From assembly GCA_964427405.1 (NCBI GenBank), contig CAYRUB010000002.1:4741-68740 (forward strand): a stretch of DNA of 64,000 bases, given 5' to 3'. Within the stretch, counting starts at the first letter, position 1, and every line of letters starts with the position of its first letter. A program made the translations under genes and the position numbers. This document shows, in pieces, positions 49,445 through 59,075 of the stretch. A model generated the notes under the pieces. It was not told the DNA's origin, did no database searches, and worked only from the letters and a program-made list of their open reading frames with translations. This DNA comes from an uncultured Planctomycetales bacterium. GTDB taxonomy: Bacteria; Omnitrophota; Gorgyraeia; Gygaellales; Profunditerraquicolaceae.

Positions 49445-50340
49445 GCATAGTCGTTTTAGGCACGGTAGCATTGGATAGTGTAAAAACTCCTTTTGGCATA
49501 CGCAAAGAACTGTTGGGGGGTTCAGCCGCGCATTTTTCCATGGCTGCCCGGCTTTTTACAAAAGTGAATTTGGTGGCAATAGTAGGAAAAGATTTTCCAC
49601 AGGAGCACATCTCTTTCTTAAGATATAAAGGTTTGGATATCAGCTCTCTTATTATAGATAAAGGAAAAACTTTCAGATGGGAAGGTGAATACAAGGGAGA
49701 TCTAAATACTGCGCTTACCTTGAATACCGAATTAGGGGTGCTCTCGGTATTTAAGCCGCGTATTTCTGAAGCACAGAGCAGGATAAAGAATATATTCCTG
49801 GCGAATGTTGATCCTGATATTCAGGAACATCTTTTGCGTAAGATGCGCAATCCTAAATTAGTTGGTTTAGATAGTATGAACTATTGGATTAACAACAAAC
49901 GCAAAGAGTTAATCCGGTTGCTCAAGCATATAGATATTTATGTTGCCAATGACCAGGAGGCGCGCGCATTAAGCGGGGAAAATAATATAATTAAGGCGGC
50001 GGGCGCGCTTAGGGGTTATGGTGCTAAGATGGTGTTAATTAAAAAAGGCGAAAATGGGGTTTTGTTTTATAGCGATAAATTTATATTTTCTCTTCCGGCC
50101 TACCCGGTTGAAAAAGTAATTGATCCTACGGGCGCAGGTGATACTTTTGCCGGAGGGTTTATGGGTTATTTGGCTAAAGCAGGTAAAATCACCCCTCTAA
50201 CTTTAAAAAAGGCGCTGGCTTATGGAACGGTGGCCGCGTCTTTTAATATTGAGGATTTTGGGTTAAATCGGACCAGCAGGCTTAAGCTGCAGGATTTAGG
50301 AAAACGTTTAAATAAATTCAAGGATTGTTTTTTGTTTTAG
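49441..50340 (+). CDS. PfkB-family carbohydrate/nucleoside kinase
   Basis: DPTGAGDTFAGGF motif. Confidence 0.75.
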   Translation: MSIVVLGTVALDSVKTPFGIRKELLGGSAAHFSMAARLFTKVNLVAIVGKDFPQEHISFLRYKGLDISSLIIDKGKTFRWEGEYKGDLNTALTLNTELGVLSVFKPRISEAQSRIKNIFLANVDPDIQEHLLRKMRNPKLVGLDSMNYWINNKRKELIRLLKHIDIYVANDQEARALSGENNIIKAAGALRGYGAKMVLIKKGENGVLFYSDKFIFSLPAYPVEKVIDPTGAGDTFAGGFMGYLAKAGKITPLTLKKALAYGTVAASFNIEDFGLNRTSRLKLQDLGKRLNKFKDCFLF

Positions 50341-50403
50341 TTTTCAACACCCCGCGCTATAAGGAGTTGCGCGGGTGTACCCTTTCTGGGTAAAGGAGTT
50401 ACA

Positions 50404-50730
50404 ATGGATAATCTTCGCGAAGAATTCCTAAAGTTTATTAAATCTTACGGGGTTATTGGGGTAGCTGTCGGTATTGTTATGGGGCAGGCAGTAGCCAAGG
50501 TGATTACTGTTATTGTTGAAGGACTGGTAATGCCGATATTGGAAGCGCTGCTTCCTGGAAGTAAATGGCAAGAGGTAGTTTTGCATATGTGGAGGGTTAA
50601 TATTAAGATTGGTTTGATTATTGCCGCTTGCATTGATTTTTTCATCATTTCCGCAGTGATCTTCTTTTTAGTAAAATATATATTGAAGGTAGATCCGCAC
50701 CATAAACAAAAAGGAGAAAAATTATGTTAG
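50404..50730 (+). CDS. mscL: large-conductance mechanosensitive channel
   Basis: GVIGVAVGIVMGQAVAKVIT TM1 region. Confidence 0.85.
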   Translation: MDNLREEFLKFIKSYGVIGVAVGIVMGQAVAKVITVIVEGLVMPILEALLPGSKWQEVVLHMWRVNIKIGLIIAACIDFFIISAVIFFLVKYILKVDPHHKQKGEKLC

Positions 50731-51176
50731 AAGAAAAGATTCTGAATGATTATAAAGAGGCAATGAAATCAAGGGATACTTTAAAGAGCTCAGTCTTGAG
50801 TTTCCTGCGTGCGGATATGTTAAATCAGGCAACTGCTAAGAAAAAAAATAAGCTTGATGACCCGGAAATTGTTGCTGTAATTAAAAAACAGATTAAACAG
50901 CGTCAGGATTCTATTGAACAGTTTACCAAGGGTAACCGGCTTGAGATGGCAGAAAAAGAGAAAAAAGAATTAGAGATGCTTAAAGTTTATTTACCTCCGG
51001 AGCTATCGGCTGAGCAGATTAAGCTTTTGATTGAAGAGGCGGTTGTTTCAACTGGCTCAAGCGGCATAAAAGATATGGGCCGGCTGATGAAAGAGCTGAC
51101 TGTAAAAATCGCTGGAAGAGCAGATGGCAAATTGGTCAGTGATTTGGTCAGGCAGAGGTTAAGCACTCCTTCCTAA
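50724..51176 (+). CDS. GatB/YqeY-domain protein
   Basis: YqeY-like composition. Confidence 0.7.
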   Translation: MLEEKILNDYKEAMKSRDTLKSSVLSFLRADMLNQATAKKKNKLDDPEIVAVIKKQIKQRQDSIEQFTKGNRLEMAEKEKKELEMLKVYLPPELSAEQIKLLIEEAVVSTGSSGIKDMGRLMKELTVKIAGRADGKLVSDLVRQRLSTPS

Positions 51177-51191
51177 AAGCAGGATCCGAGT

Positions 51192-52385
51192 ATGTTTTCT
51201 TCACTAAAAGTAAAACACTTCCGTATTTATTGGCTGGGCATGTTTGTATCTTTGATTGGTACGAGCATACAATTTGTGGCGCAGAGTTGGCTGGTGTTCC
51301 AGCTGACCAACTCCGCGTTTCTTTTGGGGGTGGTTGGTTTCTTAGGCGCAATACCCATATTCCTGTTTTCTCTATTCGGAGGAGTTTTGGCTGATAGAGT
51401 AAATAAAAGAAATATCCTTATTTTTACTCAGATAGTTTTCATGTTCCTGGCTTTTTTATTGGCGACTTTAACCCAATTCAAACTTATCAATCCACAGCAG
51501 ATCATGTTTATTGCCTTGCTCAACGGGATAATTATGGCATTTGATGCTCCGGCCAGACAATCAATAATAGTGGAATTAGTGGGTAAGCAGCATCTTTTTA
51601 ACGCCATTACCCTGAATTCAGTAGCTTTTAATTCCTCGAGGATTATTGGCCCGGCAATTGCAGGGGTGCTTATATCGGTAATTGGCATGAGCGGTTGTTT
51701 TTACCTGAATGGAATAAGTTTCTTGGCGGTTATTGCTGCGCTCTTTTGGATTAAACTGGGCAATGGTATAGTACAAAATAATAATTCTGCTATCAGCGAT
51801 CTCAAGGAAGGGTTATTTTTTGTCAGTTGCAATCGTTCTATCCTGGGCTTGGTAAGCATGGTGGCAGTAATGAGTCTTTTCGGCATTTCGTACATTATAC
51901 TTATACCGGTTTTTGTCAGCAATGTGCTTCATGCAGGGGTAAGGGCCCTGGGAATATTAATGTCAAGTATCGGTTTGGGGGCCTTAGCCGGATCTTTAAT
52001 TTTAGCCCGGTTGGGTGATTTTAAATATAAGGGTAAGTTTTTAGTTTGGTCGGCATTCTTATTTTCTTTTTTACTGATTAATTTTTCTTTATCTAAAAAT
52101 TATACCTGCTCTATTGTTTCGCTAATCTTTTTAGGGAGTTTAAGCGTCCCTGTGACTGCCATAATTAATACCTTGCTTCAGATTAAAGTCCCGGACGAAT
52201 TCCGCGGCAGGGTAATGAGTCTTTTTATGACTACCTTTGCCGGAATTGTGCCGTTTGGTAGTTTGATCTCAGGTAGCCTGGCGCAGGCCCTGGGAGTCTC
52301 AACGGCGTTATTTCTCTGTGGCTTATTTTGCCTTATATTGTTTACGTTGATAAATTTATTGTTTCCTGAATTAAAAAAGTTGTAG
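51192..52385 (+). CDS. MFS transporter
   Basis: 12 TM segments. Confidence 0.75.
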   Translation: MFSSLKVKHFRIYWLGMFVSLIGTSIQFVAQSWLVFQLTNSAFLLGVVGFLGAIPIFLFSLFGGVLADRVNKRNILIFTQIVFMFLAFLLATLTQFKLINPQQIMFIALLNGIIMAFDAPARQSIIVELVGKQHLFNAITLNSVAFNSSRIIGPAIAGVLISVIGMSGCFYLNGISFLAVIAALFWIKLGNGIVQNNNSAISDLKEGLFFVSCNRSILGLVSMVAVMSLFGISYIILIPVFVSNVLHAGVRALGILMSSIGLGALAGSLILARLGDFKYKGKFLVWSAFLFSFLLINFSLSKNYTCSIVSLIFLGSLSVPVTAIINTLLQIKVPDEFRGRVMSLFMTTFAGIVPFGSLISGSLAQALGVSTALFLCGLFCLILFTLINLLFPELKKL

Positions 52386-52396
52386 TGTGGGAGCTT

Positions 52397-52489
52397 AACA
52401 GGACTGCGCTAGATAAAATCCATAAGGTGCTTGCCCCTGTTCGCTGACGCTCACAGGGACTACGCTAAATAAAAGCCATAAGGTACTTG
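52397..52489 (+). repeat. two ~37-nt direct repeats about 55 nt apart (ACAGGGACTRCGCTARATAAAAKCCATAAGGTRCTTG)
   Basis: Units at 52397-52433 and 52452-52489 are about 80% identical. Confidence 0.5.
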
Positions 52490-52607
52490 ATTTATTTATT
52501 TATTTTGATAAAATTGAGTTTAGTGAGGAGGTGAAGCCAACCCCAATATTCCAAGGGTCGAAAACGTCATAATACAGTTTAATAAATTTTTAGAGAGGAG
52601 AATAGAG

Positions 52608-53045
52608 ATGAAAAGGTTTTTAATTTTTGTATCAGTAGTTTTTATGTTTACGGCATTAACCGGTTGTGCTAAGAAACAGGAAGCGGAAGATCTGCAACAG
52701 ATTACTTTGGAGTCCTTAAGTACGCCTAGTAGCCCGGCTCAGGGTACATCACAAGATGTTAATCTGCCAGTTGTTGCGGCTCCGGCAGTTGTTCCAGCAA
52801 AAGAGTTAATGCCTTTGCCGCCCCAAGGTCCTTATAAGCCGACCGATATTGAGATTCAGACTGCTTTAAAGAACGCGGGTTTCTATTCCGGTAGTATTGA
52901 TGGCAAAATTGGCCCGAAGAGTAAGAAGGCAATTGAGGATTTTCAGAGTGCTAATGGCCTCAAGGCTGATGGAAAAGTTGGCGCCAAGACATGGGAAGCA
53001 TTAGGTAAATATTTAAACGTCGCTTCAAATATAGATAAAAGATAA
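52608..53045 (+). CDS. lipoprotein with a peptidoglycan-binding (PG_binding_1) domain
   Basis: Lipobox LTGC and GxxDGKIGPKSKKAIEDFQSANGLKADGKVG. Confidence 0.7.
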   Translation: MKRFLIFVSVVFMFTALTGCAKKQEAEDLQQITLESLSTPSSPAQGTSQDVNLPVVAAPAVVPAKELMPLPPQGPYKPTDIEIQTALKNAGFYSGSIDGKIGPKSKKAIEDFQSANGLKADGKVGAKTWEALGKYLNVASNIDKR

Positions 53046-53071
53046 GTAAGGGTTAGGCTGTTTTTTAAAAA

Positions 53072-53107
53072 AGAATCCCGACAATTTCTGTTGGGATTCT
53101 TTTTTTG
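53072..53107 (+). terminator. rho-independent terminator
   Basis: AGAATCCC ... GGGATTCT followed by TTTTTTT. Confidence 0.7.
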
Positions 53108-53129
53108 TGGTGCTATAATATAACCCAAT

Positions 53130-54347
53130 ATGAATAAATTCCCGCATGATTTCTTTTGGGGCGCTTCGACTTCAGCCCATCAGGTGGAGGGAGGCAATAT
53201 CCATAATGATTGGTGGCTTGCTGAGCAGAATGGCGCTTTCAAGGAACCCTCGGACCAGGCCTGCCGGCACTATGAACTTTTTAGAGAAGATTTTGCCATA
53301 GCTAAAGAGTTGGGCCACAATTGCCACCGTTTTTCAATTGAATGGAGCCGTATTGAACCCCAGGAGGGAAAATTCCAGGATTCTGAAATTCAGCATTACC
53401 ATAAAGTTATTGCTGAACTAAGAAATTTGGGAATGGAACCGGTAGTTACCCTGCATCATTTTACTAATCCGCTGTGGTTTAGCCAGAAAGGCGGCTGGAC
53501 TAAGTTTAAGCTTCAAGGGTATTTTCTGCGTTTCGTAGAAAAGATGGTCAGGGAATTTTCCGGCGAGGTAAAATTCTGGATTACTATCAATGAGCCGTTA
53601 GTTTATTCTTCGCATGCTTATCTTTTAGGTTGTTGGCCTCCAAAGGAACGTTCTTTATTTAAAACTGTCAAGGTTACTTTAAATATGGCCCAGGCCCATA
53701 TTAAGGCCTATTCGCTTATACATAAAATTTATCAGGATAAGGCTTTGGCAAGGCCGATGGTAAGTATTGCGGCTAATCTGCAGGCATTTGAGCTTTGCCT
53801 TCCGACACTAAAAAATAAGCTGGCCGTCTATCTTAGGCATAAGCTGTATAATCTTTATTTTATCGAAGTTCTCCTGCGTAAAAAAACCCTGGATTATGTC
53901 GGCGTAAATTATTATAGCAGGAACCTGGTGGATGTGGAAAGCTGGGGGATAAGGCATTTATTGGTGGATACCTGTAAACATAATCATCATCCCTTGCGCA
54001 AGAATTCTTTAGGCTGGGATATCTATCCGCAGGGGCTATATAAACTTCTGATTTCTATTAAAAAATATAACCTGCCTGTTTTTATTACTGAAAACGGGAT
54101 ATGCACTGAAGATGATGATTTAAAATGGGATTATATCCGCGAACATTTAGAACAGGTGTATAGGGCTATGGAAGAAGGGGCTAATGTTTTAGGTTACATC
54201 TATTGGTCGTTGATTGATAACTTTGAATGGGCCGAGGGGTTCGCTCCGCGTTTTGGGCTGGTGGACGTGGATTATCAGAATCAAAAACGCACAATCAGGG
54301 CAAGCGCAAGGAAGCTGGCGGAAGTTTCTAAAACCGGATTAATTTAG
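53130..54347 (+). CDS. glycoside hydrolase family 1 beta-glucosidase
   Basis: NEP acid/base (TINEP) and ITENG nucleophile (FITENG) motifs. Confidence 0.85.
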   Translation: MNKFPHDFFWGASTSAHQVEGGNIHNDWWLAEQNGAFKEPSDQACRHYELFREDFAIAKELGHNCHRFSIEWSRIEPQEGKFQDSEIQHYHKVIAELRNLGMEPVVTLHHFTNPLWFSQKGGWTKFKLQGYFLRFVEKMVREFSGEVKFWITINEPLVYSSHAYLLGCWPPKERSLFKTVKVTLNMAQAHIKAYSLIHKIYQDKALARPMVSIAANLQAFELCLPTLKNKLAVYLRHKLYNLYFIEVLLRKKTLDYVGVNYYSRNLVDVESWGIRHLLVDTCKHNHHPLRKNSLGWDIYPQGLYKLLISIKKYNLPVFITENGICTEDDDLKWDYIREHLEQVYRAMEEGANVLGYIYWSLIDNFEWAEGFAPRFGLVDVDYQNQKRTIRASARKLAEVSKTGLI

Positions 54348-54348
54348 C

Positions 54349-56361
54349 ATGAATTCCAAAGACAAAGAGTTTATTATTAAAGAACTGCCATTTTTTGCCG
54401 GACTTAGCAAAGATGAGCTGGCGATAATCAAGGCAAGGGCCCAGGTTGTTGAATATCGCAAAGGGCAGGTTATCTACGAAGAGAAATCAAGCCCGAGTGC
54501 TTTTTATTGCATTATCTCCGGCAGAGTGCAGATTTATACTAATGATAAAACAGGCGAGCGCTTAATCCTGGAATATCTGCACCGGGGTAAATATTTTGGT
54601 ATTATCTCCTTGCTTACTAATGAGCCGCATTCAGTAACCAGCCTGGCAATAAACGACTGCGTAATTTTAGTAATTAAGAAGGATGATTTTGATTCTGTGC
54701 TCAAAAGCATTCCCCGGCTGGCTATTGATTTAAGCCGCACATTAAGCCGCAGGCTTAAGCGTAAAGATGTCCATCAGAAAAGAATATTCGAAAGCACGGT
54801 TGTTTCTGTGTTTAGTTCTTATGCGCAGGCAGGTAAGACCGTCTATGCTTTAAACCTTGCGCTTAGCCTTAGCCGTGAAACACACAAATCAGTGATTATT
54901 CTGGATATCCTTGCTCAGGATAAAATACATACTCTTCCCGCTAAGCTAGGATTAGCCCAACCTCGGATATTTAACTTATCTTCTTCTGCTGAAATATATA
55001 GTTTGTCAAAAGATTATATTTCGCAAAGTAAATTTGGAATTGACCTGTTTTGTTTTTATTATCAGGAAAATAATGATGCCTGCCTTAAAAGACTGATTGA
55101 ATTATTAAGCCTGTTAGTTAATGATTATCATTATATCCTTCTGGACCTTCCCGCAGCTATGGATCGTTCAATTATCAGCATGCTCAATCAGTCAGACCTT
55201 ATCCACATATTAAGCAGCCCGGATCCGGTGGATTTAAAGCGTACCAATAATCTGGTTAACCGGCTTAAAACAGATTTTAACTTTGACCCTCAGAAAATCA
55301 AGACTATTATTAACGAATATAAGTTAGCCAAGATTGGTTACGGCGAACAACTTGAAATCCTGGGGCAGGAGATTTTTGCGACTGTCCCTAAAATAAAATT
55401 TGACGCGGGGGATCGCCTGATTATTGACGATCCGGATTGTGAATATTCTAAGGCAGTCAGGAGAATCGCCCGGCAGCTCGGTGATTGCCTGGTAGGTTTA
55501 GTTTTAGGGGTTGGTGTAGGTTATGGGTTTTGCCATATAGGGGTATTAAAGGTTATTGAAGAAGAGAAAATCCCCGTTGATATCATTGCCGGTTCCAGTA
55601 TCGGCTCGCTTATTGCCAGCCTTTGGGCTATCGGTAAGAGTAGCCAGGAGATCCTGGAGGTTACCCGGGAATTTAGGGAGCCAAAACATATTTGGGGGCT
55701 GATTGATATAACTTTCCCGCGCTTTGGTTTTATCAAGGGTAATAAGCTGCGCCGTTTCTTAAAAAAACATTTGGGGGATAAGACCTTTTATGATGTCAAA
55801 CTTCCTTTAAAGATAATTGCCAGCGATGTGCGCAGGAAAGAGCCGAGGATTTTGGATAAAGGATTATTGGTTGATGCTATAATGGCCAGTTGTTCTATGC
55901 CAGGGGTTTTTGCTCCTTTTAAGTTTAAGGAGGAGGTACTTTTTGACGGAGGGGTAACTAACCCCTTACCTACTGAGTCTTTAATGCAGATAGGAGTAAA
56001 GAAGATCATTGCTGTGAATGTTACTCCTTCGCGCGAGGATATCCTGAGGCAACTGGTAAAACTTAAAGAAGGTATTCTTCCCGATCATACAGCTCCTATT
56101 CAGAAAAGTAAACCGTTTGGCTGGCTTGGACGGCTAAAGAATATTTTTAAGTTTAACATCATAGATATTATTTTTAGTAGTGTTGAGGTTCTACAGTCAG
56201 AGGTAGCTAAGCGTGAAGGTGAGTTAGCCGATATTGTTTTACATCCGGATACCACGGGTTTGTTTTGGCTGGAGTTGCATAGGGCTGATGAATTCGCCCG
56301 GCGCGGAGAGATTGAAGCGAGAAAAAATCTGGATAAAATTTGGCAGTTGGTTAATGAATAA
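54349..56361 (+). CDS. NTE-like protein: cNMP-binding domain + degenerate ParA/MinD-like domain + patatin-like phospholipase
   Basis: CAP-type cNMP domain (FGIISLL). A middle domain with a degraded Walker A (AQAGKT) and ILLDLP. Patatin motifs GVGVGYG, GSSIGS (GxSxG) and DGG. Confidence 0.75.
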   Translation: MNSKDKEFIIKELPFFAGLSKDELAIIKARAQVVEYRKGQVIYEEKSSPSAFYCIISGRVQIYTNDKTGERLILEYLHRGKYFGIISLLTNEPHSVTSLAINDCVILVIKKDDFDSVLKSIPRLAIDLSRTLSRRLKRKDVHQKRIFESTVVSVFSSYAQAGKTVYALNLALSLSRETHKSVIILDILAQDKIHTLPAKLGLAQPRIFNLSSSAEIYSLSKDYISQSKFGIDLFCFYYQENNDACLKRLIELLSLLVNDYHYILLDLPAAMDRSIISMLNQSDLIHILSSPDPVDLKRTNNLVNRLKTDFNFDPQKIKTIINEYKLAKIGYGEQLEILGQEIFATVPKIKFDAGDRLIIDDPDCEYSKAVRRIARQLGDCLVGLVLGVGVGYGFCHIGVLKVIEEEKIPVDIIAGSSIGSLIASLWAIGKSSQEILEVTREFREPKHIWGLIDITFPRFGFIKGNKLRRFLKKHLGDKTFYDVKLPLKIIASDVRRKEPRILDKGLLVDAIMASCSMPGVFAPFKFKEEVLFDGGVTNPLPTESLMQIGVKKIIAVNVTPSREDILRQLVKLKEGILPDHTAPIQKSKPFGWLGRLKNIFKFNIIDIIFSSVEVLQSEVAKREGELADIVLHPDTTGLFWLELHRADEFARRGEIEARKNLDKIWQLVNE

Positions 56362-56390
56362 ATTATACGCTTATTTATTGAGGAGGAATC

Positions 56391-56852
56391 ATGAGTAAAA
56401 GTAATTGTTTAGTTCTGACTACTATTTGTTGTTTGCTGTCTACTTTGTTATTGGGGTGTGCGACAGTCAAGGAAGCGGCTAAAGGTTTTGTCGGGGTCTC
56501 AACCCGGGTTTTGGAAGAAAAACGCAAGGAGGCCCTTAAAGAATCTTTTGTCATAGGCTATGATAGCTGTTACGCCAAAGTTAAGGATATACTGAAGGAA
56601 AAAGATAAAGAATCTCCTATATATGCCGAGGATGTTCAAAAGAAGATGATTGGCGTCTACTTTTCGGAAACAGATACTACTCCTGTAGGGATATTCTTTA
56701 CCGAAGAGGAAAAGGGCCGTACTATGGTTGAGATATCTAGTCCCAGCACTTACGCTAAGGAGTATATTGCCAACAGGATTTTTACCGGCATCAATGCATT
56801 AATTAAACCAAAAGGAGAAAAAACCGATGTTAAACAAGAAATTAACAATTAA
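56391..56852 (+). CDS. lipoprotein, unknown function
   Basis: Lipobox LLGCAT. Confidence 0.5.
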   Translation: MSKSNCLVLTTICCLLSTLLLGCATVKEAAKGFVGVSTRVLEEKRKEALKESFVIGYDSCYAKVKDILKEKDKESPIYAEDVQKKMIGVYFSETDTTPVGIFFTEEEKGRTMVEISSPSTYAKEYIANRIFTGINALIKPKGEKTDVKQEINN

Positions 56853-57135
56853 TGATTTGATTAAAGAGTGCCACCGGGTCGCTAAAAGCAAAGGTTGGTG
56901 GTTGGATAGCCGTAATGATGGAGAACTGATTGCGCTTATGCATTCGGAGTTATCTGAGGCATTAGAGGCAATGCGTAATCACGGCAAAAAAGAAGATCTG
57001 GCTGAAGAGCTGGCCGATTGTTGTATCCGTATATTTGATTATTGCGGTTCGCGAAAAATAGATTTGGAGAAGGCGTTATTAAAAAAGATAGCTTATAATA
57101 AGACCCGTCCATACCGGCACGGAAAAAAATTCTAA
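56827..57135 (+). CDS. MazG-like nucleotide pyrophosphohydrolase (small, single domain)
   Basis: EELADCCIRIFD-type metal-binding helix. Confidence 0.55.
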   Translation: MLNKKLTINDLIKECHRVAKSKGWWLDSRNDGELIALMHSELSEALEAMRNHGKKEDLAEELADCCIRIFDYCGSRKIDLEKALLKKIAYNKTRPYRHGKKF

Positions 57136-57155
57136 ACAGGTAACCAGGAGGAGTA

Positions 57156-57389
57156 ATGCCATACGATAGCAGCTTAGATGCGCAGATATTCAGCCGTTTT
57201 TGGGAAAATGATTCCGGTAAGATTGTTGTCAGTGTTTATTCATACAACAATGGGCCGCGTAAAATCCAGATCGTAAGAGAGATAAAAGATAGAAATGGCG
57301 AATATGCCTTTGCCAAGTTAGGCAGGTTAACTAAAGAGGAAGCAGAGGGGGTTCTGCCATTAATTCAAGAAGCCCTGAAGAATATGTAA
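57156..57389 (+). CDS. PC4/YdbC-like ssDNA-binding protein
   Basis: Size and a motif resembling bacterial PC4 (YdbC). Assigned from memory of the family. Confidence 0.5.
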   Translation: MPYDSSLDAQIFSRFWENDSGKIVVSVYSYNNGPRKIQIVREIKDRNGEYAFAKLGRLTKEEAEGVLPLIQEALKNM

Positions 57390-57402
57390 TAAGTAATAAA
57401 TT

Positions 57403-58971
57403 ATGGTTCAGGTAAAAAAAAGAGATAATTGGGGGTCGCGCCTGGGGATTATTATGGCTGTGGCAGGCTCTGCCATTGGTTTAGGTAATTTCCTGCGTTT
57501 TCCGGCAAAGGCTGCCGCAAATGGCGGCGGCGCATTTATGATCCCCTATTTTATATCCTTGTTTCTTTTAGGGATTCCCCTTATGTGGATTGAATGGACG
57601 CTTGGCCGTTATGGCGGAGGTTTTGGCCATGGGACCGCTCCCGGCATATTCCACAGCCTTTGGCAGAAAAATCGGTTTATCAAATATTTCGGCGTAATCG
57701 GAATATTCGGCCCCCTGATAATTTTCATTTATTATTTGTTTATTGAATCCTGGACGCTGGCTTATAGTTTCTTTGCTTTAACCGGCAAATACACTGCGCT
57801 TATAGACCAAAATTCACTGCGTAGTTTTCTGGCTGGATTTCAGGGTTTAGAAAAGAACCAGTATTTTAGCGGGATAGGAACAGCGTATACATTTTTTTTG
57901 GTTACCTTTTTGTTGAATATCTGGGTAATTTATTACGGAATAAAAGGCGGGATAGAGAAGCTTTGCAAATGGGCGCTTCCGCTTTTGTTTATTTTTGGAT
58001 TAGTGCTTATAGTCAGAGTTATGACTTTAGGCACTCCGGATTTAAACAAGCCTGATTGGAATGTTTTGGCAGGATTTGGGTTTTTATGGAACCCTGATTT
58101 TTCCGCGCTTAAGTCCGCTAAGGTCTGGCTTGAGGCCGCAGGCCAGATATTTTTTACCTTAAGTGTGGGCATCGGGGTGATTCTTACCTATGCCAGTTAT
58201 TTGAAAAAAGCCGATGATGTTGTGCTTTCCGGACTTACTGCCGCCACTACTAATGAAGTTGCCGAAGTTATATTTGGGGCAAGCATAGTAATACCTGCGG
58301 CATTTGTATTTTTTGGCCCGGTAGATATCAAATCTATCGCCCAGTCGGGGGTATTTAACTTAGGTTTTGTAACTATGCCGTTAGTCTTAAATAAACTTCC
58401 CTTGCCGGCGGTATTCGGATTCTTCTGGTTTTTCTTATTGTTCCTGGCTGGTATTACTTCTTCGGTTTCTTTGGCGCAGCCGGCAGTGGCATTTTTGGAG
58501 GATGAATTCAATATCAACCGTAAACGAGCCGTCTCTATATTTGGCATAGTTGCTTTTATACTATGCCAGCCAGCAGTATTTTTTCTTGGCCGCGGTGTAG
58601 TTAATGAACTGGATTTTTGGGGAGGTACATTTTTCTTAGTGGTTTTTGCCGCAATCGAGACGGTGCTTTTTATCTGGGTCTTTGGTATGGATAAGGCTTG
58701 GGATGAGATACATAAGGGGGCGCAGATGCCTGTTCCCAGGGCCTATAAATTTATTATTAAGTATATTACACCGTTGTTTTTATTTGTTATTCTGGGGATG
58801 TGGTTTATCCAGGAGTGGCTGCCTATAATCATGATGAAGAATGTCTCTGGTGCAGACAAACCCTTTGTTTTTGGTACGCGCTTAGGTTTATTGTTTATAT
58901 TTATAACCTTAGCAGTTTTGGTAAAGATTGCCTGGAGGAGAAAAAAACCGGGAGGGGGAAGGCAAGAATGA
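57403..58971 (+). CDS. sodium-dependent transporter, NSS/SNF family
   Basis: AVAGSAIGLGNFLRFP signature. Confidence 0.85.
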   Translation: MVQVKKRDNWGSRLGIIMAVAGSAIGLGNFLRFPAKAAANGGGAFMIPYFISLFLLGIPLMWIEWTLGRYGGGFGHGTAPGIFHSLWQKNRFIKYFGVIGIFGPLIIFIYYLFIESWTLAYSFFALTGKYTALIDQNSLRSFLAGFQGLEKNQYFSGIGTAYTFFLVTFLLNIWVIYYGIKGGIEKLCKWALPLLFIFGLVLIVRVMTLGTPDLNKPDWNVLAGFGFLWNPDFSALKSAKVWLEAAGQIFFTLSVGIGVILTYASYLKKADDVVLSGLTAATTNEVAEVIFGASIVIPAAFVFFGPVDIKSIAQSGVFNLGFVTMPLVLNKLPLPAVFGFFWFFLLFLAGITSSVSLAQPAVAFLEDEFNINRKRAVSIFGIVAFILCQPAVFFLGRGVVNELDFWGGTFFLVVFAAIETVLFIWVFGMDKAWDEIHKGAQMPVPRAYKFIIKYITPLFLFVILGMWFIQEWLPIIMMKNVSGADKPFVFGTRLGLLFIFITLAVLVKIAWRRKKPGGGRQE

Positions 58972-59075
58972 AGTTGTCCGGATGGGGATTTATAATTCTT
59001 TCCTGGGGATTGATTATCAGCCTATTTGTTTTTTGTCTTATTAAAGTTTTCCCGAAGAATACCCCGCGCTTATAA
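58968..59075 (+). CDS. 35-aa single-TM peptide overlapping the NSS stop (MetS-like auxiliary subunit)
   Basis: ATGA overlap and a hydrophobic MKLSGWGFIILSWGLIISLFVFCLIKVF. Not present as a separate ORF in the supplied track. Confidence 0.5.
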   Translation: MKLSGWGFIILSWGLIISLFVFCLIKVFPKNTPRL

